DNA from: Mayamaea pseudoterrestris
Taxonomy: Eukaryota
NCBI GenBank assembly: GCA_027923505.1
Contig: BROI01000005.1
Coordinates: 1-64,000 of the forward strand
DNA length: 64,000 bases
Direction: 5' to 3'
Part shown: piece by piece, positions 56,075 to 64,000 of the stretch
Numbering within the stretch: the stretch's first letter is position 1
Layout of the letters: each line of letters starts with the position of its first letter
Notes under the pieces: generated by a model
Seen by the model: the letters and a program-made list of their open reading frames with translations, nothing else
What the model was told of the DNA's origin: nothing
Databases searched by the model: none
Program-made: the position numbers and the translations under genes

Positions 56075-57963
56075 TTATACTGGAGCTCCGTCAATCTGAC
56101 GCATTAACCTATAGACTTCTAACAAGCCCACGTCAAAGACGCTTCCACTGCCCTCGCCAGTCAGCGGTTCATTCTCAAACCCAACAGCCGACGAAGTCTC
56201 GCCCTTGGTCAAGTCCTCGTTGAAACGTAGTCCAGCCGATCCATCAGAGTTGCCACCCATGCTAATGTAACCATGTGTGCTGACCATGAATTGCTCCAGC
56301 AAAGCAGTCTGATTGTTGTCATTCTCAAGGTCCACGTTATCCAGCACGTGCGAGCTGCTACTATGCAACGCCTTTGGAGTCCACTTCCAATGACGAGGAT
56401 CCGGGTCCAGGCGAAACAAAAAGCAAGCCCCATCTCCATACACTTTTGTCGACGGCTTCCACGTCTGAGACGCGTACATTCCAATAATGGCGGGTTTGGA
56501 CGACATGCCGTTCGAAAATGCTTCGCAAAGCAGCAACGTGTGTTTCGAATGCTGCACCGCGTTATAAAAACGTTCCAACGTTCGTCCATGATGATTCGTC
56601 GAATATAATAAGTCTAGATTCGTCATGCGCAAGGTGATTGGCAGCCAGTCGGCCAAGTGTTGTCGATAATTTTCCGACTGCGCCAGGATCGGCTTGGCCA
56701 CTTCCTCTCCAAACGGCACATTCGTTTCATCCGGAATCACCAGTCCCACTGGAATGGATGCCCACTTTGACACCTCTTGGTCCACTTCAAAGACGCGCTC
56801 CTCCTCCACGCGAATGATTCGTTGCAATATATGCCGCGACGGAAAGCGCAACTGTCTTCGAATGCCGCGGCCGTGCAAACCATAGGCCTTGCGGACCACT
56901 AATTCAAACTGGAACCGCCGCGAGTGACCCCAGTCGCGCATGCCGCTCCACCAATCCGTCGCGTTGGAAATGACCGTCAACTGCTCGGCTGCATCCACCT
57001 TGTACAGTACCAACAGTGCCACTCCAAAGCGAAACAAGGATTTAAAGCCTTCCAGTGTATATATATCCATCATGCGCAACACTGCCGACATTGGCAATAT
57101 TCCAACGAAAAAGTCCTGAAACATGGGCGCCAGCCCCGGCACATCCAATACGCATCGATCCTCCAGGTAGATTGCCGTGGCAACATGCAGCTTGCGCATG
57201 ACATCCCCAAAACTCTTGCACCAGGCCACATATTGTCTGCGGCAAATGGGCATGTACCAGGAAACCTCGTGCAGCACCAATCGTATTGTGCAAAAGGCGT
57301 ACGACTCTGACATGTGCGTCAGCAGCAGCGCCACCAGTGTGGGCAAAAGTGGAGCAACGTCCAAGCCCAAGACGCGTTCGAGGGCCATTAGTACGCGCGT
57401 TTGCGCCGTGCGACCTGATGTGGTCATGTTGGGAATAGGAGCTGGATCTACTTGTCCATATAGCGGAGGTTGTTGGGACATGGAGGCCCAGTAATCGTCG
57501 TCATTGTCGTTAGTGTGAATCTTTTGGAGCACGCTTTCGTAGGCTCCATCCAGTGCTCTGACCTTGGCCAGTGTTCGATACTCGTGCCAATAGCTATTGT
57601 CCTTGTCGGGATGAACCGTTTGGACAACGTTGGATAGCCACACGGCGCAGCGAAGAGCGGGTGGAATGCCCTTTCGCACCATCTGTAATAAGTGAGAGGA
57701 GGTGAGTGATTTTGGCAAGCAGCAGTGCCGTTGCGCGACAAGACAACAAAACAGACACTGTGACTCACTCCCTTCAACAGCTTTGGCGTCTCTTGTATAA
57801 CCTTGTTGCGAGCTCCAATCGTTGTGAGCAGTGGCGGCTGGTCGTTCCAGCCCGAGGAAACTTCCTGCGGCAGCTCGCGCTGCGAAAGCGTGTCGACGGA
57901 CCCAATCACCATGTGGCTTAGCGAAGGGTGCTTGGTCATGCTGGCGTCTGCATCATGTTCCAT
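56075..57963 (-). CDS. TBC (RabGAP-like) + TLDc protein, TBC1D24-like; exons 57963-57769 and 57682-56075
   Basis: LLKG|MVRKGIPPALRCAVW across a GTGAGT..ACAG intron; RMMDIYTLEGFKSLFRFGVAL; TLDc LLYSTNHHGRTLERFY, YGDGACFLF, ISMGG, LEVY. Confidence 0.88.
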
Positions 57964-58379
57964 AATTACAAAACGGCACGGTGTAAGAGTTTATTGTCTG
58001 GTATGTAAATATATGAATAATGGTTGGAGTGATCAGCAATAGAAGGCAAGGCGGAGGTTCGAGGGGTTGTGATGGATGGAATCGAAGCTTTCGCTATCCG
58101 CGCGCCAAGCCGTTGAGTACCGGTACGATGATTCGTGACATCAACAAAAATCCGCTTCCGCTCAATCATTCCGCAACAACGAGAATTGTCATGCCAATCC
58201 CAATCTGTATTTTTACTGGTAAGTTACCTCATTATCACACCAAAGGTTTGCCAATGGTATCATTAGCTACTGTATGACTCTATATCTTAATTTACCGCTG
58301 GCTTGCGGGGCATGACCTGCCTCTTTCGTTCGCTTAACTACGCCGCGCGGGTAATAACACCTACTTCACCGGAAATCGT

Positions 58380-59420
58380 CTAAAATGGCCACCGTCCTCC
58401 AGCTTCTTGTTCCTTTCGCTGCTTCGCTCGCTCCTTGTGCTCCTCGTCAAACTCCTCGTCAATGGCGCAGGCGCACGCAATGACCAAACCTGGGTCCATA
58501 CCTGCCGCCTGTTTGCAAAAGAACATAGATTGTAAATACAAATTGCCATAGACCAGTAGTACATGCTACAGTGCGTGACGTACCACTTGGATTTGGTAAT
58601 GATTGAAGGCATCAAATTGAATCCAGCCTGGTATGCACAAGAATAATGAGCTTGAATAGAGTGACAAGCATCACATACGCCGTTCGTGCACCCTTGCCAC
58701 TCTGTCCACGTCACACTTTCATTTACCTTCCTTTGTCACTTTGGCAACCACTTGATGTTTGTCATTCTCCATGACGAAACGTCGATCCAAAAAGTCTCCC
58801 TCCAAGTAGTACGCCGCCGGTGGCTTGATGAAATAAAAGCCTCCCTTGCTGCCTTGCAAATGTACTTCGAACGTATCGCTCAAGGCAATCATTTTTCGCT
58901 CCATCCATCCCAGTTTCTCTAGATTCTCATTGTTGCTTCGATAAATGTCATAGGTCGGTGTCAAGGCGACAAGCTTGCGATCAAGCTCGGCGACCAATGT
59001 TCCACTCGCATTGAAAAGTCGCATCTTATCCTTGCCCGGCAAGTGCAGCATGGCGCCTCGCACGCGCATGAATGGAGTGCTGCCACGTTCCGTCAATTCA
59101 CTCACGTCAAAGTCCTCGCCCGTCCAGCTAATGGCTCGCTCCTGCATGGCAAACGTGCGAGGCAAACGCATAGTGGGAGACAGGGACGGACTGTAGGGTA
59201 GCTCATTTACGTTTTGCAGGGAACCGCCAGTCATCCAATCCGAAAGCATGTTGCTTCGACGTGTCAATATTTGGTTGTGAATGGTAGTTGCAGTGGAATG
59301 GCATTGTTGCTGCCGCCTGTCATGCTGGTGATGTTTAACAGTAAAGGACGACGGAGCAATCCATGCGAGGCAGACATTTGGGATTGAGAGAATCAGTAGT
59401 ACGATCAATTTACATGTCAT
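58380..59420 (-). CDS. LURP-one/Tubby-C-like (scramblase-fold) protein; exons 59420-58727, 58627-58584, 58508-58380
   Basis: FAMQERAISWTGEDFDV, YYLEGDFLDRRF, VVAKV. Two GT-AG introns restore ..HYQIQV|AAGMDPGLVIACACAIDE. N-terminal signal peptide. Confidence 0.82.
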
Positions 59421-59631
59421 CTTTTTACTTCTGTCGTGTATTTCGTTGTTCGCTAAGTTTTTTGACCTTGATTGAATGCTGCAGCAGCAGCAGCAGGCAG
59501 CAGTCGCCTCGTTTCGCCATGGTCGTCGTTCCTCCGATTCAAAAATGAACCGCTACGACACATTCGATTACCGGTCAGACTTGGACTCTTTTTAAAACGA
59601 ACGACGAGAAACCTCACAAACTCTCCCGACC

Positions 59632-60225
59632 ATGATGGCGGCAGCTCGCCAAAGGGCCCGACCATTGAATCCTTTACGCATACTAAATTTAGTCTTGTTG
59701 GTTGAAATGCTTGTAGTGAGGCGTGCGGCAGCATTTTCAATTCAAAGTTTTTCGATCCGCCGCTGTGCCGCCGCTCGTTGCGTCACGTTTGCGCCATCAT
59801 CGTTACGGCAATCACATTTGCATCGTGATCAGGAGAAGCGACAATCTGCAAGACTCTTTTGCAGCAGCAGCAATAGTGTCACTGGCATTGCCTACACTGC
59901 CAAACATGACGACGAAGACGCTCCCGTCGTGACGCTCTTCACTAAAGAAGGTTGCACCTTGTGCGACAAGGTCAAGGATGTTTTGATCGACCTTCAGCAG
60001 TCGCATCCACATTCGCTGCAACTGCAGGACATTACCGACGACGATGCCACCGACTGGTACGCCAAGTACAAGTACGATATTCCAGTCCTGCACTTGAACG
60101 GAAAATACTGGATCAAGCATCGACTCACAGTGGAGCAAGCCGTGCGGGGATTGGCGGACGGTCGAATTGGCAAGTTTACGAGTCCAGTGGGCGAGCCAAA
60201 CGCAAGTCGATTGGAGCGAACATGA
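59632..60225 (+). CDS. Glutaredoxin-like DUF836 protein with organellar presequence
   Basis: VTLFTKEGCTLCD, DITD..WYAKYKYDIPVLHLNG..KHR; AAA-F presequence motif. Confidence 0.82.
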   Translation: MMAAARQRARPLNPLRILNLVLLVEMLVVRRAAAFSIQSFSIRRCAAARCVTFAPSSLRQSHLHRDQEKRQSARLFCSSSNSVTGIAYTAKHDDEDAPVVTLFTKEGCTLCDKVKDVLIDLQQSHPHSLQLQDITDDDATDWYAKYKYDIPVLHLNGKYWIKHRLTVEQAVRGLADGRIGKFTSPVGEPNASRLERT

Positions 60226-60480
60226 GAGAGAGTTGCAGTACAAATCTTGGTAATTACAACAAGTGGGAATGGTTTTTTGCAAGAGTCTTTTTGTCAAGAT
60301 TCATCGAGACTGTTTTAATTTTTCGACAATAAGAGTTTAGAAGCCAACTTCAAGTTGCTGATAAAAGCTTGTGGCTAAAAGCGTACAATAAATCCTAGTA
60401 TTGTACAGAAAGGGCTACAACTCTTACTACTACTTATTTGCATCATCCTTCAAAAAGGCTCCAACCTCGTGTCATTTCGT

Positions 60481-63168
60481 TCAAACCTCCGCATAGTCGG
60501 GCGACTTTGGCACCATGGTGAAACCGTTCGACGGCGACGGCGGTCTTGGCAACGCGCGACTCGATGACGGAGGCTTGTCCGTGAACGATCCGGAGTCGGC
60601 AAAGTGGGAAATGGGCGTCGGAAGTGGGTCGGCTGCTGATGGCACATTGTCAAAGTCTGCGTGCGGCTCGGAGAGCGGGTCAATCATGACGCGGGAGCGC
60701 TTGTTTGGTGACAATGGAGGTTGATGGCGGGCGTGGCGAACATTCGGTGGCTGCTGCTGTTCGTTGCCGGCGCTGCCAAAGCTGCTGTTGAAGCTACTGC
60801 CAGTGCTTTGTTTGGGGCTGTTTTGACTGCTACTCAGCGAGCTGTCTGTCGATGGGATCGAGCTGCGCGGAGGAGTGCTCTTGTTGTCATCCATCATGGG
60901 TTCAATCGTGTCGCGGTGTGGAACACTCTCGGGACTTGAGGCAAATAAGCGCTGTTGGTCGACTAGCCCAGGTGGCACTTCCCACGATTCGTCTTGGTTC
61001 GGCAACACATCTGTCACCTCAACGCCTTCCTCCTGACCCAGCTCCTCTTCATCGTTTCCGTAATTGTCAAGCAGTGACTCCTCCTTGGAAACGGTTGGCG
61101 AGAAAATGTCTTCGCCGCGGTCCGAACTAGTGACGCTATTGTCGTCAGGGTTCCAATTCACGTCGGGGGTATAGTCCGTCGTATTCAAAACACTGCTGTC
61201 CTGACTCTCTTGGTCGTCGCTTACATGGTTGACTCGCTCCTGTTCCAGCAATGTCTCATCCTCCTCGTCATTGTCGTCGCTACCTGATCGGTAGCTTCCA
61301 CTGCCGCCGCCATAGAGGGGATAAAAGTTGGCAAACGGATTCTTCTTGTTCTTTCTATTCTTCTTGCTCCGCCACAAAAACGAATGCTGCGCCTGCTCGG
61401 GTGGCGGCGGGGAAATGCTATTGTAAGCCTTGACGCGCATGGCCGAGCTGTTGCTCCGTCCCGAATGATTGTCCGCCTTACTAAGCAATTCAATGCTTGG
61501 ATCTGACGGAGAGAGATTGTCCGCGTGCATGGTTGACGAAACTTCCGAGTCGCTGTGCTGCATGCTGTCGAGCGATGCCACGGAGGGAGTATCCGCGGCG
61601 GCCCGAGCCGGCGTTGACATGAGCTTGTCATCATCGCGGAGTGGGTGAAAGGGAACTCCAGCAGCGGCGGAACCAACTGCTGGCAATGATGCAAGTATCT
61701 TGTTTGTTTTGGTAGTCGAAGGTGGCGGCAATGAAGGTAGCTCCCTGTCTTGCTCTTCAACGTCTTCACCAATAACTTCCTCACCAGTCGCACCCAAATG
61801 ATCCTGCTCGGTCAAACTTTTGCTGGGCCGATCCGGCGATAGGGATCCCTGACTACTGCTGGCAAAGTAGTAGCCCGGCCTCGAGTGACGCGACGGTGAA
61901 CCTTGCGACTGCTCGGGCGCAACATCGTCACTATCCTCCGTCTTGTAAATGTTGGAAACGGATGCACTCAGCAGCCAATTGCCATGACTCGAGGGGCTTT
62001 CCAAATCGTGCGCCTCCTCCAAGGTTGACTCCTTGTCGCGCTGCTGGCGGCGGCGGCGAAAGCCGGCACCTCCAACGAGCAGGCCGAGAACGAAAAGGGA
62101 TCCAACCACGGCGGCAATGGCAATGGTGGATGGTGAGGCGAGACTGTTGTCACTGTTGCTATCGCTACTACTGTTGCTATTGCCTTCCGAGGATGCCGTA
62201 ATGGATGACGTGCTGTTGCCATTGACGTCTCTGTCTCCGCCAATGTTTGCGCCGTCGTCGTCACGAGCATTCGCAGGTGGAGCAACTGGAATAAAAATAT
62301 CATCGTCGTCGTCAGCCTGCTGACTCGGTGCCTTTGTAGCTGCGTCTGCAGTTGCGTCACTACTCGGCTTATTGGTCGGTCGCAATGGAGCTCGCGTTGG
62401 TTTGCGGCTAGGTTTGCGAGTGGGATTGCGAGTAGGTTTGCGCGAAGGCTTGCTAGTCGGTTTCCTTGCTGGAGCCTTGGTAGGCTTAATCGTAGGAGCA
62501 TTGGTCTCTGCCTTTGTCGGTTCATCTGTATCTAGTACAATCTGAAAAGTTGGTTCCTCCGTCTTTACATCAGTTGGTTTTGGCGTAGTTGGTGTTCGCG
62601 GGGTTGGAGATGGCGTAACTGGAGCAATCGTACTTGGCGCCAGTGTTGGAAAGCGCGTCGCCGGAGCCGGAGTCACTGGCATGCCTGTCGGCGCCTCGGT
62701 CGGATCCAGCGTCGCCGTTCCAAACGAAAGGCTAGCCGCATTGGGTAGTACCGCTTGCAGTTTACTCACGCATTCGGGCGTTTTAATGGTTTCATGCACG
62801 CAGTTATTTGCAACGTAACTAGTTGGAACTTGGGACTGCGAAAATTCCATGGAGCCGCTGACAATGACAATGCCTTGATTGTTGTAGCAGCTTGCGTCGC
62901 CCAAATGAATAGTGTTGGCATATAGATTGCACTTGTAGGGAACCGTGGCCACGAGGCACTGGAGAATGGCGGATCGAACGTTATTCGCAACATCTTCCGA
63001 GCACCAGCTGGAGGAACCATATTGATCCACAACGCCCAAGTACATTTGCGATAGTGATACTGAGCCGGCATTTTGCGCTCTTGTTCCTTGCAATCGAGTA
63101 AAAAGTAGGAGCGATAGAAGCGCTGGGAAGAAGAAGCACCTCGAGAGGAGCAGTGCGCCTTGTCTCAT
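60481..63168 (-). CDS. Type I membrane mucin-like protein
   Basis: Signal peptide, small Cys-rich domain, PT/KPT/RKPS repeats, TM (IAIAAVVGSLFVLGLLVG) followed by RRRR and a long disordered tail. Confidence 0.8.
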   Translation of the reverse strand: MRQGALLLSRCFFFPALLSLLLFTRLQGTRAQNAGSVSLSQMYLGVVDQYGSSSWCSEDVANNVRSAILQCLVATVPYKCNLYANTIHLGDASCYNNQGIVIVSGSMEFSQSQVPTSYVANNCVHETIKTPECVSKLQAVLPNAASLSFGTATLDPTEAPTGMPVTPAPATRFPTLAPSTIAPVTPSPTPRTPTTPKPTDVKTEEPTFQIVLDTDEPTKAETNAPTIKPTKAPARKPTSKPSRKPTRNPTRKPSRKPTRAPLRPTNKPSSDATADAATKAPSQQADDDDDIFIPVAPPANARDDDGANIGGDRDVNGNSTSSITASSEGNSNSSSDSNSDNSLASPSTIAIAAVVGSLFVLGLLVGGAGFRRRRQQRDKESTLEEAHDLESPSSHGNWLLSASVSNIYKTEDSDDVAPEQSQGSPSRHSRPGYYFASSSQGSLSPDRPSKSLTEQDHLGATGEEVIGEDVEEQDRELPSLPPPSTTKTNKILASLPAVGSAAAGVPFHPLRDDDKLMSTPARAAADTPSVASLDSMQHSDSEVSSTMHADNLSPSDPSIELLSKADNHSGRSNSSAMRVKAYNSISPPPPEQAQHSFLWRSKKNRKNKKNPFANFYPLYGGGSGSYRSGSDDNDEEDETLLEQERVNHVSDDQESQDSSVLNTTDYTPDVNWNPDDNSVTSSDRGEDIFSPTVSKEESLLDNYGNDEEELGQEEGVEVTDVLPNQDESWEVPPGLVDQQRLFASSPESVPHRDTIEPMMDDNKSTPPRSSIPSTDSSLSSSQNSPKQSTGSSFNSSFGSAGNEQQQPPNVRHARHQPPLSPNKRSRVMIDPLSEPHADFDNVPSAADPLPTPISHFADSGSFTDKPPSSSRALPRPPSPSNGFTMVPKSPDYAEV

Positions 63169-63561
63169 TATTGTTCGTGTAAAATGAAAAACGAATCTTT
63201 CACAAGTTCAATAGCTTTTTCCGACAGTCTATTGTATAGTTCCTCGATCTCTTCAATATATAATGGATTGGAATATACTGGCCTCTGCTGCTGGAGCTCC
63301 GAGTGCGATATGAAGGAACGAATGCAATCGAGTGGAGCGTGTGCTTGCCATTGTCTGTTGCGCGCCGGCGCGGCGACCGCGACAAGACTCACCGGCAATC
63401 GTGAGCGACAAAGTTAGTCAGTCAAAACGTAGAGTGTGGCGAGCCAAAAGTCGCACTCGAGGACTGACAGTGAGGCGCAGCGGTACTCACAACACGAAGG
63501 TCGACGACATCCGCAGCAATTACAATCAAAATGAGACGCTTGCAGCGCTCTTGCAATCGAA

Positions 63562-64000
63562 ATGGCCGACCTGACTGTTTACGCCGAAACCCTCATTTCA
63601 ACGGTTGCGAGGGCATTTTATACGGATGATGAAGTTGTACTGATTGACGTATTGATCCGTGACAAGTTCCTCCGCGACGATGACATGGCCCTGCGCTTGT
63701 CGTTGCCAGCCAAACGATTGCGAGCAACGCTACAGTTCCTACAAGATGAACATTTAGTGTATTCAGAAACAGTTGATGATCTTGCGCAAGGAGGGAGCCA
63801 GGCCACGAAATTCTATTACTTGGATTATTGTCGCGCCGTTCATTCCATTCGACTGCGCATTCATTTGCTGCGGAAGAAACTCGAGCAAGATGAACTGCGC
63901 GCTCGATCGAGCTCGTTTTACCTTTGTCCAGGTTATGACATTAAAAGATGTAACGGACGATACACGGAAGCAGAAGCGCTGCAAGTTTGTCTGGATCCAG
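63562..64000 (+). CDS. TFIIE alpha subunit, 5' part (runs off the window)
   Basis: MADL..LISTVARAFY..VLIDVL...LRDDDMA..LRATLQFL..EHLV, YYLDY, YLCP..C..RYT..EA. Absent from the ORF track because it has no stop in the window. Confidence 0.85.
   Translation, partial: MADLTVYAETLISTVARAFYTDDEVVLIDVLIRDKFLRDDDMALRLSLPAKRLRATLQFLQDEHLVYSETVDDLAQGGSQATKFYYLDYCRAVHSIRLRIHLLRKKLEQDELRARSSSFYLCPGYDIKRCNGRYTEAEALQVCLDP

Noticed and set aside
9609..62525. Many long antisense or alternate-frame ORFs within called genes (e.g. 9609-10208, 13485-14063, 29846-30670, 61968-62525)
   Set aside because: Shadow ORFs expected from codon bias; no independent motifs.

Overview
Gene-dense nuclear DNA from a eukaryote, most likely a diatom: short GT-AG introns, ASAFAP-type bipartite plastid presequences, and a CoDi-type copia element. 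It holds about 25 host genes, including a spliced UBA/ZnF-UBP/sirtuin fusion, a plastid long-chain acyl-CoA synthetase, PP2C, a kinase, two PhoX/DUF839 paralogs, UEV1, RPC2, PDS, a TBC-TLDc protein and a partial TFIIE-alpha. There are two accessory regions. (1) A full-length young Ty1/copia LTR retrotransposon at 12188-18339, with 219-bp LTRs (1 mismatch), a 4-bp TSD, a chromo-like domain and a 5-nt frameshift, inserted 59 bp upstream of a kinase gene. (2) A ~8.7-kb block at about 37.7-46.4 kb, the most unusual part of the window. It contains unrecognised minus-strand reading frames broken almost only by TGA codons (a CpG-deamination signature), a GC-rich palindrome cluster, and a tyrosine-recombinase (DIRS/Ngaro-like) retroelement. 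That element has no visible gag or 5' repeat, ends in two identical 185-bp repeats, and abuts a 112-bp fold-back palindrome. All family calls come from reading motifs by eye; no database searches were run.
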